A stretch of 64,000 nt of DNA from Chloroflexota bacterium (GTDB taxonomy: Bacteria; Chloroflexota; Dehalococcoidia; Bin125): contig JAPPJZ010000018.1 in assembly GCA_028874365.1 (NCBI GenBank), positions 80,435 through 144,434 on the forward strand, read 5' to 3'. The position numbers and the translations under genes are program-made. Below the pieces are notes generated by a model, which worked only from the letters and a program-made list of their open reading frames with translations, made no database searches and was not told the origin of the DNA. Below, piece after piece: positions 52,613 to 61,939 of this stretch. How positions within the stretch are numbered: position 1 is the first letter of the stretch; every line of letters starts with the position of its first letter.

Positions 52613-53863
52613 CTACCAGAAGAGCAGACCCGCGATCGCGCCGGTCATGCAGGTCGCCATGGTTCCGGCCATGATCGACTTGAGACCAAGTTGCGCCAGC
52701 TCGCCGCGGCGTTCCGGGACGATCGCCGCAAGTCCGCCCAGCATGATGCCAACGCTGCCGAAGTTGGCGAAGCCGCAGATGGCATAGGTCATGATCAGGG
52801 CGCTCTTCTCCGAGAGCGCGCCGTCGGGCAGCGCGGCCATATCGAAGTAGGCGACCAACTCGTTTAGGACCACTTTCGTGCCCAGGAGTTGCCCGGCGTC
52901 AACGGCGTCGGACCAGGGGATTCCCAGCACCCATACAACCGGCGCCAGCACCCAGCCGAAGAGTCGTTGCAGGGTCAACTCGGCGCCGTCGACATCGGAG
53001 AATGCCCCGAGGATGATGTTGGCCAGCTCGACCAGCGCCACGAACACGATCAACATCCCGATGATGTAGGCCAGCAGGCGCAGCCCATCAATCGCCCCGC
53101 GGGTCAGCGCATCGATCCCGTTGTCGTAAAGCTGGGCAAACTCGACCTTCGTCTCGTCCACGGCGTCGTCCCCGCGCGGGATCAGGATCAGCGCGATCAC
53201 CACGGCAGCGGGCGCGCTGATGATCGACGCCGTCAGCAGATGGCCCGCGGGATCAGGGATGATCCCGTCGAGAATGACCGAAAACAGCACGTAGACGGTG
53301 CCGGCGATCGTCGCCATGCCGCCCGTCATGACGATGAACAGGTCGGAGCGGCTCATCGTCTGCAGGTACGGACGGACCAGCAGCGGCGCCTCGACCATGC
53401 CGAGGAACACATTGGCCGCGGTCGAGAAACTGGCCGCTCCACTGATGTTGAGCGTCTTGCTTAGGACGAAGGCGAAGCCCCGGACAATCAGCGGCAACAC
53501 CCTGTAGTGATAGAGGACAGCCGACAACGCGCCGACGAAGACGACCAGCGGCAGCGAGCGGAACGCGAACACGAACGCCGCGCCCGGGTAGGACTCCTCG
53601 AACGGCAGGGGCGCGCCGCCGAGGTAGCCGAATACCAGCGTCGTGCCGGCTTCGGTCGAGCGCACCAGCGCATCGACACCATCGCCGATCCATTCGAAGA
53701 CGATCTGTGAGCCGGGCACCTTGATCAGCAGCGCAGCGAGCGCAACCTGAACAACCAGTCCCGCGGCCGCCGTCCGCACGGGAAAGGCACGGCGGTTCTC
53801 GCTCAACGCCCAGGCCACGGCGATGATCAGGACGATCCCGAGCACCGCCTGGAAGTAGAGCAT
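52613..53863 (-). CDS. NupC/CNT family concentrative nucleoside transporter
   Basis: Typical CNT TM architecture and conserved segments (GYLGGAP...SRSDLFIVMTGGMATIAGTV). Confidence 0.8.
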   Translation of the reverse strand: MLYFQAVLGIVLIIAVAWALSENRRAFPVRTAAAGLVVQVALAALLIKVPGSQIVFEWIGDGVDALVRSTEAGTTLVFGYLGGAPLPFEESYPGAAFVFAFRSLPLVVFVGALSAVLYHYRVLPLIVRGFAFVLSKTLNISGAASFSTAANVFLGMVEAPLLVRPYLQTMSRSDLFIVMTGGMATIAGTVYVLFSVILDGIIPDPAGHLLTASIISAPAAVVIALILIPRGDDAVDETKVEFAQLYDNGIDALTRGAIDGLRLLAYIIGMLIVFVALVELANIILGAFSDVDGAELTLQRLFGWVLAPVVWVLGIPWSDAVDAGQLLGTKVVLNELVAYFDMAALPDGALSEKSALIMTYAICGFANFGSVGIMLGGLAAIVPERRGELAQLGLKSIMAGTMATCMTGAIAGLLFW

Positions 53864-53967
53864 GGATTGTCGATCTCAACGCTGCCTGGAACCCGTTGCT
53901 CGCCGCGACGAGCGCAGCGCTCCGTAATCTAGCGCAGCATCCCCCGACGCCTCATCCGCGGAGAGAT

Positions 53968-55386
53968 TCAGCTGACCGGCAACCAGACGGTGATCGTCGT
54001 CCCTCGACCCACTTCGCTCTCGGCAGCGATACGACCGTTGTGCGCCCTGACGATCTCCCTCGAGATCGCCAGACCCAGACCTGCTCCCGGCCCGGTCCTT
54101 GACTCGGGTTGCCAGAAACGATCGAAGAGCCGATCGAGATCGGCGGCCGGGATGCCTTCCCCGGAGTCCACCACCGCGATTTCGAGCCCGTCTTCCGCAC
54201 GTCTCGCTCTGATTGAGACTGAACCGTCCGACGTGTGACGCAACGCATTGTCGACCAGGTTGTTGAGCACCTGGACCAGACGGTCGTAGTCACCCTCGAC
54301 CTGCGGCGCGTCCGAGGCAATCTCGAGATTGAGCTCGACACCCTGCTCTGCGGCTCGCGACCCGAACATCGCCTCGACGTATGCGAACAATTCCTGCAAA
54401 TCGATCGTCGATCGCTGGAGTCGTGCCTGGCCCGCCTCCAGCCTGGATAGATCGAGCAACTGCTCGATCGTCCTCAGCATGCGCTGGGTTTCCTCATGCA
54501 CGACCTCGAGCGATGACGCCTGTCGTTCCGGGTCGGTGACGGTGCCGTCTCGCAGGGCCTCGACGAATCCGCGGATCGACGTCAGCGGGGTGCGCAGTTC
54601 ATGCGAGATGTCGGCGATGAATCCGCGCATCGCGCGCTCATTGTCGGCGACGCGCTCAGCCATCGCATTGAAGGCCGACGCGAGCTCACGCACCTGTGTC
54701 GGACCGCTTTCGGCCGCGCGCATGTCGTAGCGGTCCGGGCCGAAGCGTCTCACGACGCCGGTCAACGCCTCCAGCGGGCGCATCAGTTGTCTTGAGAGCA
54801 CCATCGCGATGACGACCGCAGCCGCCAACCCGGCCAGGCCGGAGACGATCAGCCGGCCGACCAGTTCGTCAAGCGAGCCGAAGCTGTGCTCGCTTCCGAA
54901 AGTGACGGCCATCAACACGCCGCTGTCCCGTCGACTGGAGACGTTCGGCGGGATCAGCACCCGGACCAGCGAGGGTCGCCACTCGTCGGCAAGGCGCAGC
55001 TTGGTGTCGTACCAGCCTGCGGTGTCGCCCTTATTCGCAATGGCGGTGTATCCGATCCCAATGTGGTCGTCATGGAGGCCCCGGGCCGGCTCGAACCCCT
55101 GGATTACACGTCCGTCGCCGTCGGTCAGGATCACGATCAACCCCGCGTGCTCGGCCTGTTCACGGATCAGCGTGATCAACTGCTCGCGGTCGTAGTCGGC
55201 CGCCCGACGCAAGATGCGCACGATCTCGACGCTCAGGGCATTTCCGGCGGTGCGCAGCTCCGAGCGGTCAATATCGTCTCGATAGCCGCCGAAGAGAGAG
55301 AAAAAGACGACGGCGGACACGATCACCATGACCAGCACAATGCCGGCGAACCCGGCAAAGAGCCTCAGTCCGTACCCGCCCGTCAC
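53968..55386 (-). CDS. sensor histidine kinase (HAMP-HisKA-HATPase_c)
   Basis: H-box SHELRTPLTSI. N/G boxes NLVDNALRHT and DSGEGIP...GLGLAI. Confidence 0.8.
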   Translation of the reverse strand: MTGGYGLRLFAGFAGIVLVMVIVSAVVFFSLFGGYRDDIDRSELRTAGNALSVEIVRILRRAADYDREQLITLIREQAEHAGLIVILTDGDGRVIQGFEPARGLHDDHIGIGYTAIANKGDTAGWYDTKLRLADEWRPSLVRVLIPPNVSSRRDSGVLMAVTFGSEHSFGSLDELVGRLIVSGLAGLAAAVVIAMVLSRQLMRPLEALTGVVRRFGPDRYDMRAAESGPTQVRELASAFNAMAERVADNERAMRGFIADISHELRTPLTSIRGFVEALRDGTVTDPERQASSLEVVHEETQRMLRTIEQLLDLSRLEAGQARLQRSTIDLQELFAYVEAMFGSRAAEQGVELNLEIASDAPQVEGDYDRLVQVLNNLVDNALRHTSDGSVSIRARRAEDGLEIAVVDSGEGIPAADLDRLFDRFWQPESRTGPGAGLGLAISREIVRAHNGRIAAESEVGRGTTITVWLPVS

Positions 55387-56156
55387 TGTTGGGAAGATCC
55401 GCCTGTCGCCACGAGTTTGTATCCGACCCCGCGCACCGTCTCGATCATGACGCCCGGGTCGCGGCCGTCGGGCGAGAGCTTGCGTCGGAGCTGGTTGACA
55501 TGCACATCGACCGTTCTCGTTTCTCCGAAATACTCGTAGCCCCAGACTTGCTCAAGTAGCTGTTCCCGAGTCAGGACGATGCCGTCGTACTCGGCCAGTT
55601 GCTTGAGCAGTTCGAACTCCTTATTGCGCAACGTCAACTGCGATCCGTTGAGCGTCGCCTCGCGCCGATCCCAGTCAACCTGCAACGGACCAACTGCGAT
55701 CTGCCCGCGAGCGGCACGGTGGTCGTGCACACGGCCGGGCGACTTCGCTGCTCGGCGCAGAATCGCCTTCACTCGAGCCGTCAACTCGCGCGGGTGAAAT
55801 GGCTTGCCCAGGTAATCGTCGGCGCCGAGCTCCAGACCGACGATGCGGTCGACGTCCTCGGAGCGCGCCGTCAGCATCAAGATCGGCACGTCTCGAATCT
55901 GACCGCGATCGGCGCGCAGCTCGCGAGTGACCTCGTAGCCGGACTTCTTCGGCAACATCAGGTCCAGGACGATCAGGTCCGGCTGTTGTTCCCGAGCCGC
56001 AGTCAACGCCGCTTCGCCGTCGGCGGCGGTGATCACGCTGAACCCGTCGCGCTCAAGGTAGAGCGAGCAAAGCTCGAGGATGTTCGCTTCGTCATCAACG
56101 ACGAGAACAGTCCGGCCGCTGCTGTCGACTGGAGCCACGACGCTCGATCCCTTCAT
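55383..56156 (-). CDS. OmpR-family response regulator
   Basis: Receiver VLVVDDE...DLIVLDLMLP plus a winged-helix C-terminus (...TVDVHVNQLRRKL...GVGYKL). Overlaps the kinase start. Confidence 0.85.
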   Translation of the reverse strand: MKGSSVVAPVDSSGRTVLVVDDEANILELCSLYLERDGFSVITAADGEAALTAAREQQPDLIVLDLMLPKKSGYEVTRELRADRGQIRDVPILMLTARSEDVDRIVGLELGADDYLGKPFHPRELTARVKAILRRAAKSPGRVHDHRAARGQIAVGPLQVDWDRREATLNGSQLTLRNKEFELLKQLAEYDGIVLTREQLLEQVWGYEYFGETRTVDVHVNQLRRKLSPDGRDPGVMIETVRGVGYKLVATGGSSQQ

Positions 56157-56255
56157 TACGCTTCACAGTCTCAAGGTCGAGCGTACGCAGCGACATCAGG
56201 CCCGGGTCAGGCCCTTGTGAGCGTTCAGTAAAGCGGAATCAACGCGTGGTTCGGA

Positions 56256-56468
56256 TTAGCGGCTCATGCGCGGTCGGCGCGTCTTGACCATCGCGCGTCG
56301 GCGCCGACGCGCGGCACGGCGCTCGGCCTGTCGCTGCTTCTCACGGTTGCTGATGAACCGGCGTCGCCGACGCGCTTCCTGCAACACGCCGTCGCGTTGC
56401 ACCATCTTGTTGAAGCGGCGGATGAGAGCCTCCGGGCTCTCCTGTTCCTTGCGGCTCACCAGTAGCAT
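56256..56468 (-). CDS. rpsU: 30S ribosomal protein S21
   Basis: ESPEALIRRFNKMVQRDGVLQEARRRRRF...; basic 70-aa protein matching the S21 pattern. Confidence 0.7.
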   Translation of the reverse strand: MLLVSRKEQESPEALIRRFNKMVQRDGVLQEARRRRRFISNREKQRQAERRAARRRRRAMVKTRRPRMSR

Positions 56469-56611
56469 GGGCGCTCAGTTCCTCTGGTCGATACTCTCGT
56501 CGGTTGCTAGCAAACTCGCGATCCAGCGTAGCAGGACTTGTCGTCTGTCGAAGCGAGGCTTCGGGCGGTGTGCGGCCAATAGACTCGCTCAACATCACCC
56601 GATCGGCGCGA

Positions 56612-57316
56612 CTAAACGGAGCGTCGTCTGACCAGTACGACCGCGAGCGAGGACAGCGCCAACGCGCCCAGGGCGAGGAACGCGGCAACCGGCCAGCTGG
56701 TTTCGCGTTCCGCCGGCGTCAGGCCACCCGTGCCCGTCCTGGGCGAGCGCGGCTGAACCTTCGTCGTAGCGGCATCCGGATCATCGGCCGCCGACTCGCT
56801 TGTCGGTTCTTCCCGTTCTTCGAGTTCGTCCGCGCTCTCCGCTTCATCGGGTTCGTCTGGATCGACCTGAACCTCGGGAGCATCCTGGCTTTCGGCCTCG
56901 TCCGCCCCTTCCGGACCGACCTCGAGCCGAATATCGACCGCGCACCGGTTCCATTGCCGATCGGCCGGTTGGCCGTTGACATAGAAGACCGCCTCGCAGA
57001 CGCCTTCCTGGATCAGCGCCGCGTCGATCTGAACGATCCATTTGCCATCCTCCCCGGACACCTCACCCTCGCCGATGATCTTGCCGTTGACCTCGATTTC
57101 GATCGTCGTGCCTCGCGGAGCAGGCTCGCCGTTGATCGTGGCCCGTCCGGTGAAGCTGAACTCACGCTGGGGTTGGTTCGCCTCGACGCTCGCCGCTCCG
57201 AACGCCATGACCAGGCACATCGCCATCATGGCCAACAGCAACCGCACCCGCCACGGGCCGGTACCGGTCACGACCGAATCGCGCGTCCTCTTGCAGCCAT
57301 ACGCTCTGAATCTCAC
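56612..57316 (-). CDS. secreted cell-surface-anchored protein (signal peptide, conserved beta-rich domain, acidic linker, C-terminal TM)
   Basis: Signal peptide LLLAMMAMCLVMAFGAASVEA. C-terminal SPRTGTGGL followed by a hydrophobic anchor and RRRSV. Start uncertain. Confidence 0.45.
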   Translation of the reverse strand: MRFRAYGCKRTRDSVVTGTGPWRVRLLLAMMAMCLVMAFGAASVEANQPQREFSFTGRATINGEPAPRGTTIEIEVNGKIIGEGEVSGEDGKWIVQIDAALIQEGVCEAVFYVNGQPADRQWNRCAVDIRLEVGPEGADEAESQDAPEVQVDPDEPDEAESADELEEREEPTSESAADDPDAATTKVQPRSPRTGTGGLTPAERETSWPVAAFLALGALALSSLAVVLVRRRSV

Positions 57317-57323
57317 GATTGTC

Positions 57324-58007
57324 CTACGTCCGACCGTCGGTCCGTCGACTGATCAGCAGCGCGGCCAGGGCGGCGATCAGTGTCAGAGCCGCCGTGACTG
57401 CCGCGGTGCGAGGCCAGTCCGTGCTTCCGCCTTCCTCGAGGATGCCGCCGCTCCCGGTCAGGGGCGTCCTCGGCCGCACGATCTCCTCGGACTGAGCCAC
57501 CCCGCCGTCGCCTTCCTGTTCGACGGTCTCTTCCTCGAGCTCAACCTCCGCGACCTCGGACTCCGCGTCCGCAGCAGATTCCGTGGACGAGTCATCCGAT
57601 TGGTCGGCCGTCGCGCTCACCGGCGCATCGGACTCAGGCTCCGTTGTGGTCGCTCCGCCGGGACTCATGAGCGCCAGACGTACCCGCATCGCGCACGTAT
57701 CCCAGGCTTCTTCGGCTTGAAGGTCGTTGACCACGAAGGTGAGGTTGCAGTCGCCGTCGCCGAACACTGCGGTTTCGACATCGAGGATCCAGGCGCCGGC
57801 CGAGTTGACAACCGTCTCGGCCACTGCTTCGCCGTCCACGAGGGCCGCGATCGTCGAGCCTGGCCCAACCGGCTCCCCGTCGATCGTTATGTCCCCAAGA
57901 AAGCCGAAGAATCGATGAACCTCCGGGTCCTGCGCCCCAACCGAGGACCAACCGACCGCGACGATCGACAGCGCCACCAACACCGCGGCCAGTCGTCGCC
58001 GAGCCAT
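57324..58007 (-). CDS. secreted cell-surface-anchored protein (tandem paralog)
   Basis: MARRRLAAVLVALSIVAVGWSSVGA signal. Conserved core (ITIDGEP..G..I.A.VDGE...E..V...G.W...V......C.LTFVVN) shared with the 56612 gene. C-terminal RTPLTGSGG plus TM anchor. The ORF track extends to 58124. Confidence 0.45.
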   Translation of the reverse strand: MARRRLAAVLVALSIVAVGWSSVGAQDPEVHRFFGFLGDITIDGEPVGPGSTIAALVDGEAVAETVVNSAGAWILDVETAVFGDGDCNLTFVVNDLQAEEAWDTCAMRVRLALMSPGGATTTEPESDAPVSATADQSDDSSTESAADAESEVAEVELEEETVEQEGDGGVAQSEEIVRPRTPLTGSGGILEEGGSTDWPRTAAVTAALTLIAALAALLISRRTDGRT

Positions 58008-58176
58008 CGCGACCTGCATCAACCCGTCCTCTCGACACGCACTGCTTGCACTTTGCGCTGTGCGCACGTGCGCAAGCAACCCGCGCATTACGGGTCGAGC
58101 AGGGGGTTTACCCAGGTACAACAATCGCCTCGGGTGAGGCCAGCCAGGTCAGCCTGCCGAGGTCAGGGAAGCGCGT

Positions 58177-59505
58177 TCAGGCGCCGTGGCCGACCGTGGA
58201 GAGCGCGGCCGGCGATATGCCGACCGGCTCGGCATCGTCCGGCAGATCGAACGGACCTGGCAGGTCAAGTTCCTTGGCGATCTCGCGGACCGCGGGCAGC
58301 ACTTCTTCGCCCATCAGTCGCAGCGAGCGCATCGAGTCCTCGTGCGACATCGAGCCGTCCCCGTCCCAGAAGCAGATGCTGCCCGGTCGGATGAACTCAA
58401 GCACGCGTCGAATCTTGGGAATCACCGTCTTCGGCGTACCCGAGATGATGCTGTAGGACTCCTCCAGGCCACGATACGTGTCCTCGGTCTCGGCGAATCC
58501 TTCGGCGGCATCGAGCGTCAGCCGCTTGTAGTCCTCCGGATTGACCTCACCCGCGCCGCGTGACTGCTCTACATGCCGCACCCCGGCAGTGGGCAACAGT
58601 CGTCGGCGGTCGATCATGCCCGGCAGATTCTGGATGTGCCGCTTCACGTCGCCACGGGAGCCTTCGAGGAAGATGTTGCCCGGACCGGTCAGGTACTTGC
58701 GCCCGACCTCTTCGGCCAACTCCTCGGTCTCGTCCACATGGACCTTCCACAGGTAGCCGCGGTGCTGAGGTCCCGCCTCGTAGCCAAACTCGGCCGCGAT
58801 CTTGTCGTAGTACGCGAACGAGTCTCGCGTCGGCGCAAGCCGTGTCGCCAGCATCACGTAGGGATAGCGTCGCTCCGCCGCCCAGGCCACCGTTCGTTGC
58901 GAGACCGCGCCGGGAATCCAGATCGGCGGATGCGGCTTCTGCAGCGGCTTCGACCACGGGTTCACGTAGCGATAGTCGTAGTGCTCGCCCTCCCAGCGGA
59001 ACGGTCCGGCGTCGGTCCAGGCCTTGACGACCAGGTCGTGCGCCTCCTGGTATCGCTCCCAGTTGTACGGCGACTGCGAGTTGTGCGCCAACGACTCTCG
59101 GCCGGTCCCGCGCACCCAACCCGTGATCAGCCGTCCGCCGGAGATCATGTCGATCTGAGCCAGCGTCTCGGCCAGCCACAGCGGATCGTCCCAGATCGGC
59201 AGGATGTTGCCGAGCAGGCAGATCTTCGCCCGCTGCGTGATCCTTGCCAGGATGGCCGCCTCGACGTTGATCACAGAACCCATGCAAAACGGCGTCGAGT
59301 GATGCTCATTCAGGACGATGCCGTCGAAGCCGGCCTCTTCAGCCGCCACCGCCTCGTCGAGGTAGCGGTGATACAGGTTGGCGCCGAGCACCGGATCATA
59401 CTCATCGTTGGACGAGTCCAGGTCGGTCAGTCGGCGTCCGGTGCGACCCCACCAGGAGGCCTGCGGATCCTGATACGGCCGCTCCGTGAACCAGGAAATG
59501 AACAT
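58177..59505 (-). CDS. LLM-class (luciferase-like) flavin/F420-dependent oxidoreductase
   Basis: GFDGIVLNEHHSTPFCMGSVINVEAAILA... is typical of the LLM family. Start taken at MFISWFTERPY. Confidence 0.7.
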   Translation of the reverse strand: MFISWFTERPYQDPQASWWGRTGRRLTDLDSSNDEYDPVLGANLYHRYLDEAVAAEEAGFDGIVLNEHHSTPFCMGSVINVEAAILARITQRAKICLLGNILPIWDDPLWLAETLAQIDMISGGRLITGWVRGTGRESLAHNSQSPYNWERYQEAHDLVVKAWTDAGPFRWEGEHYDYRYVNPWSKPLQKPHPPIWIPGAVSQRTVAWAAERRYPYVMLATRLAPTRDSFAYYDKIAAEFGYEAGPQHRGYLWKVHVDETEELAEEVGRKYLTGPGNIFLEGSRGDVKRHIQNLPGMIDRRRLLPTAGVRHVEQSRGAGEVNPEDYKRLTLDAAEGFAETEDTYRGLEESYSIISGTPKTVIPKIRRVLEFIRPGSICFWDGDGSMSHEDSMRSLRLMGEEVLPAVREIAKELDLPGPFDLPDDAEPVGISPAALSTVGHGA

Positions 59506-59697
59506 TGTCCGCTCCCAACGCCGAACAGCAACGCAGATGTCCTGCAAGGTACCGCACGACGGCGCGAACCACCGCCGACTATGCCCGACAGAGGGCGTGA
59601 GTTGGCGCGGCGGCGAGCGGCAACACAACCGCGATGATGAACACCGCGAGCGCGGGAACGCGATTGTAGTCTGAGGCTGACTGGGAGTTCTGCGGTC

Positions 59698-59775
59698 TGG
59701 CACGCCCGGAGGGACTCGAACCCCCGACCCCCAGGTCCGAAGCCTGGTGCTCTATCCGCTGAGCTACGGGCGCAC
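59698..59775 (-). tRNA. tRNA-Arg (anticodon UCG, tentative)
   Basis: Reverse complement folds as a cloverleaf: D-arm GCTCAGCGGATAGAGC, anticodon arm CCAGG-CTTCGGA-CCTGG, T-arm GGGGG-TTCGAGT-CCCTC, and a 3' CCA encoded. Confidence 0.7.
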
Positions 59776-59825
59776 GGCCTCAGCTTACGCCCGTCCCGAC
59801 CAGCCTGCCTGTTGCGGATTCGACG

Positions 59826-61223
59826 ATGGCTCAACGCACGCCCAGCCAGCACGCCCGATCCTCTCGCGGCGACAACCTCGGCACCGAGCCCTCTTCCGCC
59901 GTCTGGGACGTCGTCGCCCGCGTCGACGCCGGCGAACTGGCGACCGCCGCTGCGCTGCTGCACAACCTGCATCCCGCCGACCAGGCCGACGCGCTGGCCG
60001 CGCTCGACCACAGTGAACGCCGTCGACTGCTGGACCGGATTGACTCGCACACCCTGGCAGAGCTGCTCCCGTTTCTCACGCCCGAGGAGCTGGAGCACGT
60101 CGCGCCCGATGTCGCCCTCCCCCAGTTGACGGCGGCGCTTGGCCAGACCACCGCGCAGCTCGGCGCCGATGTCTTACACGCGATTCCCGAAGGCGATGCC
60201 GAGGTCGTCCTAGACCGCCTGCCCAAGGCCGGTCTGGTCGAACCGCTGCTGCAACACGATGACGACTCCGCCGGGGGCATCATGGCGCCCGAGTTGATGG
60301 TCCTCGGCCCGCATCTCGCCGCCGAGCAAGCGCTCACCCTCCTGCGTGCGACCGCACCGGCGCCGACCGTGCGCGACACGGTCTACATCGTCGACACCGA
60401 GGGCGTTCTGCTCGGCTCGATTGGACTGCACTCGCTGGTCTTCGCGCCTCCAATGACTGCTCTGCGAGATTTGATGGAACCGATCGGGCCGACGGTCACC
60501 ACCGACATGGACCAGGAAGACGCCCTACAGATCCTCCAACGCTTTGGACTGCATGCGCTGCCGGTGCTCGACGCCGATGGCCACCTCGTCGGTGTCACGA
60601 CATCCGACGACTTGCTGGACATCGCTCAGCAAGAGGCGACCGAGGATATGTATCGTCTCGTCGGTCTGGTTGACGACGAGGCTCTGACCGCGCCGGTCGC
60701 CACGGCGCTCAGGCGTCGTTTGCCGTGGCTCATGCTCAACCTCGCCACCGCATTCGCTGCCGCCGCGGTGGTCGCCGCCTTCGAGAACACGCTGGCTCAG
60801 GTCGCCGCGCTGGCGATCTTCCTGCCGATCATCGCCGGACAGGGCGGCAACGCCGGCATGCAGGTGACCACGCTCGCCGTGCGCGCGATGGCACTCGGCG
60901 AGTTCGACCGCCATTTCACGCGGCTCGTCTTGCCGCGAGAAGTGATCATCGGGATCGCCTCCGGGATCGCGTTCGGCCTCCTCGTCGGTGCGGTCGGCTG
61001 GGTCTGGCAGGACAATCCCTGGCTCGGCGTGGCGGTCGGCGCAGCGATGCTGGGCACCATGATCGTCGCGGGTCTGTTCGGACTGCTGATCCCACTGATC
61101 CTGCGGGCGCTCCGCGCCGATCCGGCCCTCGCGGCGAGCATCTTCGTCACCACCGCGACGGACATGCTTGGCTTCCTGTTCTTCCTCGGACTCGCCGCCC
61201 TGCTGATCGAGCGCATTGCTTGA
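59826..61223 (+). CDS. mgtE: magnesium transporter MgtE
   Basis: MgtE N-domain, CBS pair (VRDTVYIVDTEGVLLGSI; LPVLDADGHLVGVTT) and TM domain with IFLPIIAGQGGNAGMQ. Confidence 0.85.
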   Translation: MAQRTPSQHARSSRGDNLGTEPSSAVWDVVARVDAGELATAAALLHNLHPADQADALAALDHSERRRLLDRIDSHTLAELLPFLTPEELEHVAPDVALPQLTAALGQTTAQLGADVLHAIPEGDAEVVLDRLPKAGLVEPLLQHDDDSAGGIMAPELMVLGPHLAAEQALTLLRATAPAPTVRDTVYIVDTEGVLLGSIGLHSLVFAPPMTALRDLMEPIGPTVTTDMDQEDALQILQRFGLHALPVLDADGHLVGVTTSDDLLDIAQQEATEDMYRLVGLVDDEALTAPVATALRRRLPWLMLNLATAFAAAAVVAAFENTLAQVAALAIFLPIIAGQGGNAGMQVTTLAVRAMALGEFDRHFTRLVLPREVIIGIASGIAFGLLVGAVGWVWQDNPWLGVAVGAAMLGTMIVAGLFGLLIPLILRALRADPALAASIFVTTATDMLGFLFFLGLAALLIERIA

Positions 61224-61314
61224 CCTGGTTGACATCCGGCGCGAGGGGGCGATGGTACTCTGACTTGGCGCGGATTCGAACCCTGTGGGTCGACTCGGTG
61301 CGCTTGTTCTGCGC

Positions 61315-61392
61315 GGTGGGCGTCGCCTAGAGGCCTAAGGCGCCAGGTTGTGGCCCTGGTATTCGTGGGTTCGAATCCCACCGTCCACCCCA
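61315..61392 (+). tRNA. tRNA-His (GUG) with encoded G-1
   Basis: gGTGGGCG-TCGCCTAGAGGCCTAAGGCG-CCAGG-TTGTGGC-CCTGG-TATTC-GTGGG-TTCGAAT-CCCAC-CGTCCAC-C-CCA. G-1:C73 is characteristic of tRNA-His. Confidence 0.85.
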
Positions 61393-61414
61393 TACTCAAC
61401 GAAGTCCAGGCGAG

Positions 61415-61939
61415 ATGCGTCAACACCCAGCCTTACGACCGTTCCTCGCACTCAGCCTCTTGCTGTTCGCGTTCGGCGCGATGCTGATGACCGTCGCCTG
61501 CGGCGGAGATGACGACGAGGAGCGCCTCGCCGCGCAGCGGCTCTTTCGCAACTATCTGATCCAGTCCGACCGCACGGCGATCTCTGACGTTCGCGTCCAG
61601 GCGATGGTCGATGAGCTGCCGCCGAGCTTCCCCGAACACGACGCGCTCGATCTGCTGGGATCGGCCTTCACCGATACCGAAACTCGACGAGAGCTGATCG
61701 TCGGCTGGCAGAGCACCGACGAGCGTGCCGACGACCTGTACAACTGGTTCCGCTCGAAGCTCGACACCGACCCGTGGCGCGTGACGGCCGATCCTCAGCG
61801 CGCCGGCGTCGATTTCATCACCTTCCGCGACGCCGATAACCCCGCATTTCGGGGAGAACTGCGCATCGCCCAGGAAGGCGATCGGGCCATCATCGTGCTC
61901 GTCGCCGTGGAGACGCTCTCGGGCGACGACGGAGCCTAG
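61415..61939 (+). CDS. lipoprotein, unknown function
   Basis: Signal/lipobox LMTVACGGDD; 174 aa. Confidence 0.45.
   Translation: MRQHPALRPFLALSLLLFAFGAMLMTVACGGDDDEERLAAQRLFRNYLIQSDRTAISDVRVQAMVDELPPSFPEHDALDLLGSAFTDTETRRELIVGWQSTDERADDLYNWFRSKLDTDPWRVTADPQRAGVDFITFRDADNPAFRGELRIAQEGDRAIIVLVAVETLSGDDGA

Noticed and set aside
59776-59825. M-box (Mg) riboswitch upstream of mgtE
   Set aside because: Only about 50 nt separate tRNA-Arg and the mgtE start, which is too short for an M-box aptamer.
61262-61310. A second complete tRNA upstream of tRNA-His
   Set aside because: It contains a T-loop-like GGTTCGAATCC but no complementary stems or acceptor arm. It is reported only as a fragment.
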